Part shown: one piece after another, positions 46,352 to 60,077 of the stretch | How the letters are laid out: each line of letters starts with the position of its first letter | Numbering within the stretch: the first letter of the stretch is position 1 | Program-made: the position numbers and the translations under genes | Notes under the pieces: model-generated | Seen by the model: only the letters and a program-made list of their open reading frames with translations | The model's database searches: none | What the model was told of the DNA's origin: nothing | NCBI GenBank assembly: GCA_963816355.1 | Contig: CAWFKH010000003.1 | Location: forward strand, 192,001-256,000 | Length of the DNA stretch: 64,000 nucleotides | Direction of reading: 5' to 3' | Origin: an uncultured Gemmatimonadales bacterium | GTDB lineage: Bacteria; Gemmatimonadota; Gemmatimonadetes; Longimicrobiales; RSA9

Positions 46352-47245
46352 TCAGTAGATATATACCGGAGTCCCCACCGCGACCCTCTCATACAACCGA
46401 TCGATATCCTCGTTGTACATGCGCACGCAGCCGTGGCTCACGGCGTCGCCGATCGAGGCCTCCTCGTTCGTGCCGTGGATCAGGTAGCCGTCGCCCAGGA
46501 TCAGCCGGTGCGTGCCGAGGATGTCGGGGATCCGGCGCTGCGCGGTGCCCACCGGCGGGACGAAGATCTTGCCGTCGAAGATGATCTCGTCTCCCGGCCG
46601 GAACGGCCAGAAGTTGCCGTACGCGTTCACACGCCCCACCTGCCCGCCCCGCACCTCCAGCCGCGTGCCGTCCGCGAGCCGGTAGCGCTCCCCCTTCTTC
46701 AGGAACACCACCGCCAGGCCGTCGTCCACCGCCTTCTCGTAGTAGTGCCAGTTCGGCGGCACCCACAGCGGCGACGCTTCCTTGCCGAGCACCTTGCGCG
46801 CCGCCCGCGGCGTGCGGAAATCGTACGTGTGGCCGTGGTAGGTGAATCGGTCGAAGCTGCCGACCGCCACCGGCGCGCTCAACACCGTCGAGTCCCCGTC
46901 CAGCAGCCACAGCCACCGGTGGTCCACCGAGACGACAATGCGCTCCCCGTCCGCCCGCAGCGCTTCGCGCCACACCTTCCGGCCGCTCGGCTTCTCCGGC
47001 GGCGCCGCCTCCGGATTCGCCGGACCCGATGCGCGCAGGCGCGCCCGCTCCGCCGCGGCCGCCGCCGCTGAATCCGCCGCCGCTGCCGCTTCCGACGCTG
47101 CCGCCCCCGCCCCCGCCCCCGCCCCTGCCCCCGCCCCGCCCGATCCCGCCGACCGCGAGCCGAAGAACGGCAGGTGCGCGCAACCGCCCAGCGCGACCCC
47201 GGCGACGACGGCTGCCGCCGTCCCTCGAGAGAGCTTCCTCCGCAT
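46352..47245 (-). CDS. L,D-transpeptidase (YkuD family) lipoprotein
   Basis: Lipobox LGGC; APVAVG, YLIHGT...SHGCVRM. Confidence 0.92.
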   Translation of the reverse strand: MRRKLSRGTAAAVVAGVALGGCAHLPFFGSRSAGSGGAGAGAGAGAGAAASEAAAAADSAAAAAAERARLRASGPANPEAAPPEKPSGRKVWREALRADGERIVVSVDHRWLWLLDGDSTVLSAPVAVGSFDRFTYHGHTYDFRTPRAARKVLGKEASPLWVPPNWHYYEKAVDDGLAVVFLKKGERYRLADGTRLEVRGGQVGRVNAYGNFWPFRPGDEIIFDGKIFVPPVGTAQRRIPDILGTHRLILGDGYLIHGTNEEASIGDAVSHGCVRMYNEDIDRLYERVAVGTPVYIY

Positions 47246-47604
47246 GACTACCTCGTGCTGCGATTCCGACCGGAGAACGACATTCACCGGTGCGTTGAAG
47301 GACTGGATTGCGGTCGCGTGCAGCCGCCCCGCGCTTCGGTTGCGGGCCGCGCGGAGCCGCTCCGACGGCGCCCGGCGCTTGCAGGGTGACCCCACCCGGC
47401 GATCGGCGCGGCGTGGGGCCACTCCGACACGCCCGACGCTCGCACGCCGCCGCGGATCCGGCCCCGTGGCGCCCGCAACGTGGCCCGCTCCAGTTCTTCG
47501 GCGGACCCTTCAAAGAAAACAGCGCGCGACGCTTCGCGGGAGGGGGCCCGCCCACCGGCGGGCAACGCCCCACGCGACGTACGCGGCGGCGCGCGCCGCC
47601 GAGC

Positions 47605-47633
47605 TTGATTCGGGTTTTGTTCGGTTGTACCTT
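47605..47633 (+). promoter_or_regulatory. imuA promoter with embedded operator (probably leaderless)
   Basis: TTGATT-N17-TACCTT, ATG 6 nt downstream; TTCGGGTTTTGTTCGGT at 47609-47625. Confidence 0.7.
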
Positions 47634-47638
47634 GCGGT

Positions 47639-48532
47639 ATGTCGTCGCAGGTCGTCGCGCTCAGGGAGCTGCTCGAGCAGCGCTTTCCCGGCGCATTGCC
47701 GCTCACCGCCGGCGGATCGGCGGATCCGCTGGCGACCGGGATCGGTGCGCTCGATCGGCTGCTGCCGGGGGGCGGGCTGCCGCGCGGGCGCCTGACGCTG
47801 TGGGCGCCCGGCGGCGGGGCGACGGCGCTCCTGACGGCGGCGTGCCGAACGACGGTGGCGCGGGGCGAGCGGGCGGCGTGGGTCGACGCGGCGGGGACGA
47901 TGGCGGGCGCGTTCTGGCGGGTGGGCCCGGCGCTGCTGCGGCCGGCGGGACGGGTGGAGGCGCTCGCGTGCGCGGAGGAGCTGCTGCGCTCGGGCGGTTT
48001 CGCGCTCGTCGTGCTCTCCGGCCTGGAGGTGGGGGAGGGCGCGCCGTCGCCGGCGGCGGCCTCGTCGGTGTCGCGAGCGAGGGCGAGGTCGAAGCGGAAG
48101 CGGTGGCGTTCGCGACGTCGTCTGACGGAAGCGGCGCCGGCCCCGCGGGTGTCGGAGGGCGCGCTGCTGGAGGCGGGGCTCGTGCGGCTGTCGCGGGTGG
48201 CGCGCGAGGGGGGCGGCGCCCTGGTCGTGTGCGCGGGGCGCAGTCCGGTGGCCGCGCTGCGGGTCCGCTCGCGCCTCGCGCCGGAGGCGTACCGCTGGCG
48301 GCGAGGCCCGTTCGGTGAGCCGGCGGAGGTGGAGGCGGCGACGGTGTGCGTGCGGGCGGCGTCGCCCGGCTGGAGCGCAGAGACGCGCTGCGATCTGGCG
48401 GTGTCGAGCGACGATCCGCGCGCCGCGCTGGACCCCGGGCTGGTCGACCGCCGCGGGAGCGCGGGCGGGAGCGCGGGCGCGGGCGCGGGCGCCACGACGC
48501 GCCGGCGGCCGGTCCGCGCGGGGGCGCCGTGA
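47639..48532 (+). CDS. imuA: ImuA-like RecA-fold protein
   Basis: LATGIGALDRLLPGGGLPRGRL, degenerate Walker A (GGGATAL), AAWVD, AEELLRSGGFALVVL; coupled to imuB. Confidence 0.82.
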   Translation: MSSQVVALRELLEQRFPGALPLTAGGSADPLATGIGALDRLLPGGGLPRGRLTLWAPGGGATALLTAACRTTVARGERAAWVDAAGTMAGAFWRVGPALLRPAGRVEALACAEELLRSGGFALVVLSGLEVGEGAPSPAAASSVSRARARSKRKRWRSRRRLTEAAPAPRVSEGALLEAGLVRLSRVAREGGGALVVCAGRSPVAALRVRSRLAPEAYRWRRGPFGEPAEVEAATVCVRAASPGWSAETRCDLAVSSDDPRAALDPGLVDRRGSAGGSAGAGAGATTRRRPVRAGAP

Positions 48533-49992
48533 TCCTCTGTCTGCGGGTGGACGGCTGGCCGCCGGCGGAGGAGGACGAAGAGGCGCTCGTGGCGCGGCTG
48601 GCGGCGTGCGCGCCGCGTCTGGCGGTGCAGCGGAGCGGGGTGGTGTGGGCGGACGTGAGGGGGCTGCCCGCCGGCGGTGTCGCACGTCGCCTGCGGCAGG
48701 AGGCGGGCCGTGTCGCGGGCGCCGGCGTGGCGGCGGTGCCGATCGCGGCGTGGGCCGCCGCCTGGTCGGCGGGGGCGGGCCGGACTGCGGGGTCGGCCGA
48801 CGCGGCCGGGGCGGCGCGGGCGGCGCGGGCGGCGCGGGTGGCGCGGGTGGCGCGGGCTGATCGGGCGGCAGCGGCGGTGGCGGCGGCGGCGCGGGCGGAT
48901 CCGGGTCGGCCGCCGGATCTCGTCACGGTCGCGGTGGGGGAGGAGCGCGCCTTTCTCGCGCCGCTGCCGCTGGCGGTGCTGGAGCCGGAGACGCGCGTGC
49001 GCGATCTGCTCGAGGGAGTGGGGATCGAGCGCTGCGGCGAGCTGGCGGCGCTCGAGCGGGAGCCGGTCGAGGTGCGCTTCGGCGTGGAGGGGGTCCGCCT
49101 GTGGCGGCTCGCGCGGGCCGAGGATCGGCGGCGGCTGTTCGCGCCGGCGCGCGGCGAACGCCCGTGCGGTTCGATCGACTTCGTGGATTACGCGGTTACC
49201 GATCCGGCACGCCTCCTCTTCACGACGAACGCGCTGCTCGGCTCGCTGTGCGAGACGCTCGTCGAGCGGGGCGAGCACGCGCGGCGGCTCTCGCTCGATC
49301 TGGCGCTGGACGGCGGCGGCACGTGGCGCCGCACCTTCCGCGCGGCGCGGCCGACGGCGAGCCGCGAGCGCTGGCTGCGCCTGATCCGCGACGCGCTCGA
49401 GCGGCTCACGCTCCCCGACTCCGTCGTCGGCGTCGCGCTCGCGGTCGACGCGGCGGAGCCGGCCGCGACGCACCAGGGCGACCTCTTCGACCGCGGCTTC
49501 GCGACCGCCGCGGCGGTCGAAGCCGCAGTGGCGCGCCTCCTCGATACAATGGGGCCGGTGGTCGTCGCGCCGGAGACGGACCGCCACCCGCTGCCCGAGC
49601 GGCGCACGCGCTGGCGGGTGCGCGACGACGTCGCCCCTGCCGCCGCCGCCTCCTCCTCCGCCGCCCCCGCCCCCGCCGCGCACCCCGGCCTCGCGGCGCC
49701 GGAGGCCGCCGCCGCCACGCCCGCGCTGACGCCGCAACTGCTGCCGGAGCCGCGGCCGATCCGCGTCGACGTCGGCAGGGAGCGCGGACACGAGGTGCCG
49801 CGCCGCTACCGCGAGCGCGGTCGTCGCATCGAGCTGGTCACCGTGGCGGGGCCGGACCGCCTCTCCGGCGGCCAGTGGGAGGCGCCCTACGCGCGCGAGT
49901 ACTTCCGCTGCCTGACCGGCGACGGCGTCCTCGTCTGGCTCTTCCGCGACGCGCGCACCGACCGCTGGTTCCTGCACGGCTGGTGGGACTGA
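48529..49992 (+). CDS. imuB: ImuB-like inactive Y-family polymerase (N-terminally shortened)
   Basis: FLAPLPL, GIERCGELAAL...RFG, QGDLF clamp-binding-like motif, C-terminal GPDRLSGGQW...REYFR...WLFRD...WFLHGWWD. Confidence 0.85.
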   Translation: MILCLRVDGWPPAEEDEEALVARLAACAPRLAVQRSGVVWADVRGLPAGGVARRLRQEAGRVAGAGVAAVPIAAWAAAWSAGAGRTAGSADAAGAARAARAARVARVARADRAAAAVAAAARADPGRPPDLVTVAVGEERAFLAPLPLAVLEPETRVRDLLEGVGIERCGELAALEREPVEVRFGVEGVRLWRLARAEDRRRLFAPARGERPCGSIDFVDYAVTDPARLLFTTNALLGSLCETLVERGEHARRLSLDLALDGGGTWRRTFRAARPTASRERWLRLIRDALERLTLPDSVVGVALAVDAAEPAATHQGDLFDRGFATAAAVEAAVARLLDTMGPVVVAPETDRHPLPERRTRWRVRDDVAPAAAASSSAAPAPAAHPGLAAPEAAAATPALTPQLLPEPRPIRVDVGRERGHEVPRRYRERGRRIELVTVAGPDRLSGGQWEAPYAREYFRCLTGDGVLVWLFRDARTDRWFLHGWWD

Positions 49993-50046
49993 GCGCCCAC
50001 CGCCGCGGCGTGGCCCCCGCGGGGGCGCAGGCGTTAGCTTTGCCGC

Positions 50047-50469
50047 ATGCGACGCGCACGCCTCCTCCTCGCCCTGGCGCTCGCCGGCCTCGCGGGCTTC
50101 GCCGCGTCCGCGTGCGTCACCCACGACACCGACCGCGCCGCCTCCACCCCGAACGGCGCCCTCGGCACCGTCGTCCTCGGCAACGCCGGCGAGCTCTCGC
50201 CCGTCGAGCTGCTCGCCGTCCGCGACAGCGGGCTCCTCTTCTCCTACGAACGACGCATCAGTTACGCCTCCTTCTCCGCCATGCGCTCCATCGTCTTCCC
50301 CGCCGTCGCCGGGCAGAAGACGCTGCTCCGCGCCGGCCACCCCCCCGACTCGACCCTGCGCGCCAGCCTCGCCGGCCACGCCCGCTTCCCCCGCGGGCTC
50401 TCCCCCGCCGGCGTCGACAGCCTGCTCCGGGCGTACGGCCAGGCCGACCTCAACACCGTCAGGGAGTGA
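50047..50469 (+). CDS. Hypothetical lipoprotein
   Basis: Basic-hydrophobic signal with ASAC lipobox; coding-like codon pattern. Confidence 0.7.
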   Translation: MRRARLLLALALAGLAGFAASACVTHDTDRAASTPNGALGTVVLGNAGELSPVELLAVRDSGLLFSYERRISYASFSAMRSIVFPAVAGQKTLLRAGHPPDSTLRASLAGHARFPRGLSPAGVDSLLRAYGQADLNTVRE

Positions 50470-50885
50470 GCGGAGGGGGGGGTGGAGGGGGCGGAGGCGG
50501 AGGGGGCGGCAGGGGTCGGGGCGGCGGCGGCTGGATTCTGGTGAGGCGAGCGCCGGCGCCGTGAAGGGGGGCGGCGCGGGTGGCCGGTCGTGGGGAGTCG
50601 TTGGCGGCCTCTCGCCGCCGATCCCGCTCGACGGCCGCTCCGCGCGATCCGCGATCGCCGTCAACTCAGCCCCGCCGGCCGCCATTTCCGGTCCGGGGTG
50701 GATCGGACCGCGCGAGGCGCGGTGGCAATGGCCCCGCGAGCCCGCGGCTTCGGGCGAGGGGCGGAGTCGACCGCTCTGGGCGCGGTCCAGTGTGCCCCAC
50801 GCCGGGATGGGTCCGGCGAGGGGGCGCTTTGACGTCCCCGGCGCCGAGCCCCGCCCCCACCCCCCGCCCCCCGCGCCCGCCCCCC

Positions 50886-51021
50886 CTCCGCGCCCTCCGC
50901 GCCCTCCGCGTGAAACCGCTGTTCCAGCCAGATCTGCCTCGAACCCCGATCCAGCCAGATCCGCCAGCTCCGACCCCTCTCCTCCGACCCACCCAGCTCC
51001 GACCCCTCTCCTCCGACCCAC
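50886..51021. repeat. Short repeats upstream of dnaE2
   Basis: (CTCCGCGCC)n followed by GTGAAA, and a 29-bp duplication CCAGCTCCGACCCCTCTCCTCCGACCCAC at 50964 and 50993. Confidence 0.75.
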
Positions 51022-51029
51022 CCACCCCC

Positions 51030-51073
51030 TTGCACTCCACCCCTCCTCCTCCCATCTTCGGGTTTCGTTCGGT
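51030..51073 (+). promoter_or_regulatory. dnaE2 promoter with overlapping operator
   Basis: TTGCAC-N17-CATCTT; TTCGGGTTTCGTTCGGT at 51057-51073. Confidence 0.7.
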
Positions 51074-51110
51074 ATGCGACTCCTCCACCCTCCGCGCTCT
51101 CCGAAACCGC

Positions 51111-54520
<3,410 letters not shown>

Positions 54521-54658
54521 GCGGCGGCGCCGGCCGCGTGGCGCGTGCGCGGACCGGCGCTCGGCCGGCCGCGTGGCGTGTGCCCGGGCCCGCGCTCGGC
54601 CGGCCGCGCGAACGCCGCGGTCTGGCACGGCGTGCGCCGCCCGCCCAGATTGCTTCCG

Positions 54659-55796
54659 ATGAGACGCCCGCACCCGCCCGCCGGCCGGGACGCCGCCGCG
54701 GAATCCGCCGCCACTGGGCCCGCCGGCCGGGACGCCGCCGCGGAATCCGCCGCCACTGGGCCCGCCGGCCCGGACGCCGCCGCCGAATCCGCCGCCGCTG
54801 GGCCCGCCGGCCCGGACGCCGCCGCCGAATCCGCCGAAGCGCAGACGTCGCGCTCCGGCGAGGGCGCGGACCGGGACCTCGGCTTCGGCTCGGTGGTGTC
54901 GAACCGCAGTCGGCAGCGGCTGCTCAACCCGGACGGCAGCTTCAACGTCGAGCGGCGCGGGCTGGGCTACTGGCGCTCGCTGAGCGCGTACCACGCGCTG
55001 CTGACGATGTCGTGGGGCCGCTTCTTCCTCATGGTCGTCGCGGGCTACGTGGCGCTGAACGCGCTCTTCGCCGCGGCGTACGTCGCCGCCGGGCCGGGCG
55101 CGCTGGTGCGCACGGCGGAGGCGGCGCACGGCCGCTTCCTCACCGCGTTCTTCTTCAGCGTGCAGACGTTCTCGACGATCGGCTACGGCGGCATCCGCCC
55201 CTCCGGCCTGCTCGCCAACGCGATCGTCACGCTGGAGGCGCTGGTGGGGCTGCTCGTCTTCGCGCTGGCGACGGGGCTGCTCTTCGCGCGTTTCTCGCGG
55301 CCGACCGCCCGCATCGTCTTCAGCCGCGCCGCGCTGATCGCGCCGTACCGGGGCGGACGCGCCTTCGAGTTCCGCATCGCGAACCAGCGCAGCAGCCAGA
55401 TCATCGAGCTGCAGGCGACGGTGCTCTACACGCGGCTGGAGGCGCAGCGCGGCGTCGCCGTTCGCAAGTTCCACGCGCTGCGGCTCGAGCGTACGCGCGT
55501 CAGCTTCTTCCCGCTGAGCTGGACGATCGTGCACCCGATCGACGCGGACAGCCCGCTGCGCGACGCGTCGCCGGAGTCGCTCGCCGCCGAGCAGGCGGAG
55601 TTCCTGATCCTGCTGACCGGCATCGACGAGACGTTCTCGCAGACGGTGCACGCGCGCTCCTCCTACAAGCCGGAGGAGCTGGTGTGGGACGCGCGCTTCA
55701 CGGACGTCTTCAATCCGCCCGACGTCGGCGGCCGCATCACGATCGGAGATGGACCGGCTGCACCGCTTCGAGCGGACCGCCCTTCGACCGCAGTGA
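54659..55796 (+). CDS. Inward-rectifier K+ channel (KirBac-like); probable extra base near 55745 (the track ORF runs to 55813)
   Basis: FFFSVQTFSTIGYG filter, FARFSRP, FRIANQR, LSWTIVHPID.DSPL, VHARSSY; the shifted frame gives EMDRLHRFE...stop. Confidence 0.9.
54677..54836 (+). repeat. 42-bp in-frame tandem repeat (about 4 copies) in the Kir N-terminus
   Basis: PAG(R/P)DAAAESAA(T/A)G units at 54677, 54719, 54761 and 54803. Confidence 0.88.
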
Positions 55797-55809
55797 CGGA
55801 GGTGCCCAG

Positions 55810-57649
55810 ATGACTCCCGCTTCCGCACGTCCGCGGCGGCGAAACGCCGGCGCGGCGCCCGCGTCCGGCGCGGTGCCGGCGCTGCGCGTCGCGCTCGCGC
55901 TCGCCGCCTGCCTCGCGCTCGCCGGCTGCGGCGCCGCGCCGCCCGCGGCCGCGGCGCGGCCCGTGGAGGACGCCTCGATCCGCGCCACCTTCGACGCGCT
56001 GCGCGCCGACTTCAGCCGCGAACGCGCGTACGGCGTCGTCGCCTACGTCGAGCGGCTCTGGCGCTGGCCGGGCAACCCCGGCTTCAACGCCGCCATCCGG
56101 CGCGTCGCCGCGGTGCTCGACAGCGCCGGCTACGTGCGCGAGGAGGTCGCGCCCGCGGGCGCGCGCCTGACCTACCGCATCGAGTCGCGCGCCATGGACG
56201 CGCCGACGTGGGAGCCGCTCGACGCCTCGCTCTCCATCGTGGGCGAGCCGCGGCCGCTGCTGCGCTTCGCGACGAACCGCAACATGCTCGCGATCCACTC
56301 CTTCGCCACGCCGCCGGGCGGCGTCGAGGCGGAGCTCGTGGACGTGGGCGCGGCGCGCGCGGCGGACTTCGAGCGCCGCGACGTGCGCGGCCGCGTCGTC
56401 ATGGGCGACGCGCCGCTCGGCCGGCTCTTCCGCGACGCGGTGCAGGCGCGCGGCGCGCTCGGCGTGCTGTCGTACGCGATGCCCGCCTACACGGAGCCGG
56501 AGCGCTACACCGGCGCGATCCAGTTCGGCTCGATCCCGTACGACGACGCGCGCCACTCGTGGGGCGTCGCCCTCTCCTACGCCGCCCGCGACGCGCTGCG
56601 CGACGCCCTCGGACGCGGCCCGGTGCGCGTGCGCGTGAGCACCCGCGCGCGCAGCTACGCGGCGCCGGAGCTGACGCTCGTCGCGGAGGCGCGCGGCGAC
56701 GTCGCCCCGCAGGAGCGCTTCGTCCTGAGCGCGCACGTGCAGGAGCCGGGCGCCAACGACAACGCGTCCGGCGTGGCCGCGCTGGCGGAGCTGGCGCGCG
56801 CGGTGGCGCGGGGCGTGCGCGCGGGCGACCTCTCGCCGCACCGCACGCTCACCTTCATCTGGGGCGACGAGATCCGCGCCACCCGCCGCTTCCTCGCCGC
56901 GGACTCCGCGCGCGCGGCGGGCGTGCGCTGGGGGCTCGCGCTCGACATGGTGGGCGAGGCGACGGAGAAGACCGGCGGCACGTTCCTGATCGAGAAGATG
57001 CCGGACCCGTCCGCCGTGTGGACGCGCGGCGACGACCACCACACGCAGTGGGGCGGCGGCGACGCGCTGCCGGAGTCGCGCCTCACGCCGCACTACTTCA
57101 ACGACGTCGCGCGCGACCGCTGCCTCGAGCAGGCGCGCCTCACCGGCTGGCGCGTGGCCACCAACCCGTTCGAGGGCGGCAGCGACCACGTCCCGTTCCT
57201 CGACGCGGGCAAGGCCGGCCTCCTCTTCTGGCACTTCACCGACCGCTTCTACCACACCGACGCCGACCGCCTCGACAAGGTCTCCGCCGCCGAGCTCGAG
57301 AACGCGGCGCTGTGCGCCGGCGCGACCGCGCTCACCCTCGCGAGCGCGGACGGCGAGACCGCGCGCTTCCTGATCGCGCAGGTGCGCGACGACGCGCTCG
57401 AGCGCCTCGCGCGCGAGCGGACGCTCGGCGCGGCCGCGGTGAGGGCGGGCGGCGACGTCGCCCGCGAGCGCCACATCCTGGCGGCGTGGACGTCGTGGTA
57501 CGCCGCCGCGATCGCCGCGATGGACGACGTCGAGGTCGGCGGCTCCTCGCCCACCACGCGCGCCGCCATCGCCGCCGCCGCCGCGGACGTGCGCACCGCC
57601 GGCGAGGAGGCGCAGAGTTCGCTGCCCTCAACGGGAGGCGGCGCCGTGA
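55810..57649 (+). CDS. M28 family Zn-peptidase lipoprotein with PA domain (no in-frame stop in this sequence)
   Basis: GGAGG RBS, lipobox LAGC, SAHVQEPGANDNASG, WGDE, LDMVG, GGSDHVPF, YHTDAD. Confidence 0.85.
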
Positions 57650-58782
57650 GCGAGCGCGTCCCGCCCGTCCCGCCGCCCACCGTGCCGGCCGCCACGCCGT
57701 CCGGCCTCCCGCCCGCCACGCCGCCGGCGATCCGCGGCCGCGGCGCGTCGCGCGACCCCAAGAACCGCTTCCTGCCGCTGTACGTGGAGCGCGACCCGGA
57801 GTGGCTCGACGCGGACGATCCGGCGCCGCGCACGTCGTTCCTGCGCGACACGACACGCAGCGCCGTCGCCCGCAACCGCAGCCCGGACATCGGCTTCGAG
57901 TCGAGCGTGAACCCGTATCGCGGCTGCGAGCACGGCTGCATCTACTGCTACGCGCGGCCGTACCACGAGTACCTGGGCTTCTCCGCCGGGCTCGACTTCG
58001 AGACGAAGATCCTGGTGAAGCCGGACGCGCCGCGGCTGCTGCGCGAGGCGCTGCTCTCGCCGCGCTGGAAGCCGCAGGTGCTGGCGATGAGCGGCGTGAC
58101 CGACCCGTACCAGCCGGTGGAGCGGCGGCTGCGCATCACGCGCGGCTGCCTCGAGGTGCTGGCCGAGTTCCGCAACCCGGTCGCGATCATCACCAAGAAC
58201 CACCTCGTCACGCGCGATGCCGACCTCCTCGCCGGCCTCGCCGCCGACGGCGCCGCCGTCGTCAACGTCTCCGTCACCTCGCTCGACCCCGAGCTGCAGC
58301 GCGTGATGGAGCCGCGCACGTCGACCCCCGCGCGCCGCCTGCGCGCGATCGAGGCGCTCTCCCTCGCCGGCGTCCCCGTGCGCGTCATGGTCGCGCCGAT
58401 CATCGCCGGCCTCACCGACCACGAGGTGCCGCGCATCCTGCAGGCCGCCGCCGACGCGGGCGCCGTCGCCGCCGGCTACACCGTGCTGCGCCTGCCGTAC
58501 GGCGTGAAGGAGCTGTTCGCGGAGTGGCTCGAGCAACACTTCCCGGACCGCAAGGAGAAGGTGCTCAACCGCGTGCGCTCGCTGCGCGACGGCCGCCTGA
58601 ACGACTCCACCTTCGGCCGCCGCATGCGCGGCGAGGGCCCCTTCGCGGCGCAGATCCGCTCGCTCTTCGACGTCGGCTGCCGCCGCGCCGGCTTCGACCC
58701 CGCGCGCAAGCCCGCGCTCTCCACCGCCGCGTTCCGCCGGCCGCCGGCGGGCGGGCAGCTCGGCCTGTTCGAGGCGTCGTGA
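57646..58782 (+). CDS. PA0069-family (SplB-like) radical SAM protein
   Basis: GGGAGG RBS plus GTG; SPDIGF..SVNPYRGCEHGCIYCYARP (CxxxCxxC), SGVTDPYQPVE, MEPRT, QLGLF. Confidence 0.9.
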   Translation: MSERVPPVPPPTVPAATPSGLPPATPPAIRGRGASRDPKNRFLPLYVERDPEWLDADDPAPRTSFLRDTTRSAVARNRSPDIGFESSVNPYRGCEHGCIYCYARPYHEYLGFSAGLDFETKILVKPDAPRLLREALLSPRWKPQVLAMSGVTDPYQPVERRLRITRGCLEVLAEFRNPVAIITKNHLVTRDADLLAGLAADGAAVVNVSVTSLDPELQRVMEPRTSTPARRLRAIEALSLAGVPVRVMVAPIIAGLTDHEVPRILQAAADAGAVAAGYTVLRLPYGVKELFAEWLEQHFPDRKEKVLNRVRSLRDGRLNDSTFGRRMRGEGPFAAQIRSLFDVGCRRAGFDPARKPALSTAAFRRPPAGGQLGLFEAS

Positions 58783-58890
58783 GCGGGGGAGACGCGCGCC
58801 GGCACCGCGGCGCGGACGGCCCGCGCGGACACCGGCGGCGCGGACGGCCCGGACATCGGCCGCGCGGACGGCTCGCCGCACGGGCGCCGC

Positions 58891-59334
58891 GTGACGCCGC
58901 GCGCGCCGCGGTTCCGCTCCGCCCTCGACGTGCGGCTGGTGGGCGCCATCGCGGTGCTGCTGGGGTGGACGGTGCCGGCGGGGGTCTGGCTGGTGGCGCG
59001 CGGGCTCTTCGCCGCGGGCGTCGTGCTGGCCGTGGGCGGGCTGCTGCCGCTCGCCATCTTCCTGCCCGTCCGCTACGTGGTCGACGCGCAGGTGCTGCGC
59101 ATCCGCAGCGGCATCTTCCGCTGGCAGATCCCCTACCCGCTGATCGTGCGCGTCGAGCCGGTGCGCGGCAGCGCCGCCGCGCCCGCGCTATCGCGCCGCC
59201 GCCTCTCGATCCTCTTCGAGACCGGCGACGGCCTCGACACCGTGCAGGTCTCGCCGAAGCGCCGCGCCGCGTTCCTCGCCGCGCTCCGCGACGCCGCGCC
59301 GCACGCCGAGATCGAGGAGAAGCCGGAAGCGTGA
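58891..59334 (+). CDS. Two-TM bacterial PH-domain protein
   Basis: Two TMs, then YVVDAQVLRIRSG...IPY..I...APALS..RL.I...VSP. Confidence 0.75.
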   Translation: MTPRAPRFRSALDVRLVGAIAVLLGWTVPAGVWLVARGLFAAGVVLAVGGLLPLAIFLPVRYVVDAQVLRIRSGIFRWQIPYPLIVRVEPVRGSAAAPALSRRRLSILFETGDGLDTVQVSPKRRAAFLAALRDAAPHAEIEEKPEA

Positions 59335-59344
59335 CGGCGCGTCT

Positions 59345-59962
59345 TCACGCGCGCTCCACCTCGCCGGCGCCCGCCGTGAGCGCCGCCACCGCCGCGCGCA
59401 GCGCCGCCTCCTCCGCCGCCGGCACCGCCGCGACGCACGCCGCGCGCGCGCCGAATTCCTCCGCCTCCACCACCGCGTCGTGCTCCGCGAGCGCGCGCCG
59501 CAGCCGGTCGACCGCGGGGTAGTCGACGACGACGCGCAGCCGCACGCGCTCGACGCGCCGCGTGCGGGGCAGGGAATCGAGGCCGGCGCGCACCGCGTCG
59601 GCGTACGCCCGCGCGAGGCCGCCCTTGCCCAGCTTCACGCCGCCGAAGTAGCGCGTCACCACGGCCGCCACCTCGCCGGCGTCGCCGTGCAGCAGCACCT
59701 CGAGCATCGGTCGGCCCGCGGTGCCGTGCGGCTCGCCGTCGTCGCTCAGCCCGATCGCCAGCGTGCTGCCGGGCGGCCCCGCGACGAACGCCCAGCAGTT
59801 GTGCGTCGCGTCCGGGAACTCCGCGCGGATGCGTTCCACGAACGCGTGCGCCGCCTCGATCGTCGGCGCCGGCGCGAGCGTGGCGACGAAGCGGCTGCGC
59901 CGCACCACGTGCTCGACGCGCGCCTCGCCGGCCGGGATCGGATACGACGTCGCCTCGTTCAT
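59345..59962 (-). CDS. yigZ: YigZ/IMPACT family protein
   Basis: SRFVA, ATHNCWAF, SDDGEPHGTAGRPM, VVTRYFGGVKLGKGGL.RAY. Confidence 0.93.
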   Translation of the reverse strand: MNEATSYPIPAGEARVEHVVRRSRFVATLAPAPTIEAAHAFVERIRAEFPDATHNCWAFVAGPPGSTLAIGLSDDGEPHGTAGRPMLEVLLHGDAGEVAAVVTRYFGGVKLGKGGLARAYADAVRAGLDSLPRTRRVERVRLRVVVDYPAVDRLRRALAEHDAVVEAEEFGARAACVAAVPAAEEAALRAAVAALTAGAGEVERA

Positions 59963-60077
59963 CCCGCCACGATGGCCGCCCGGACGCGTCATCCGCCAGT
60001 GGCGCGCGGACCCGCACGGCCGCCTCGCCGCGCGATCCGCTCGGATCGGATGCCGCACGATCCGCTAGATTGGACGC

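Noticed and set aside
50561..51110. N-terminal extension of DnaE2 or a start at ATG 51074
   Set aside because: Low-complexity translation. The PHP-domain motifs begin at ATG 51111 in another frame.
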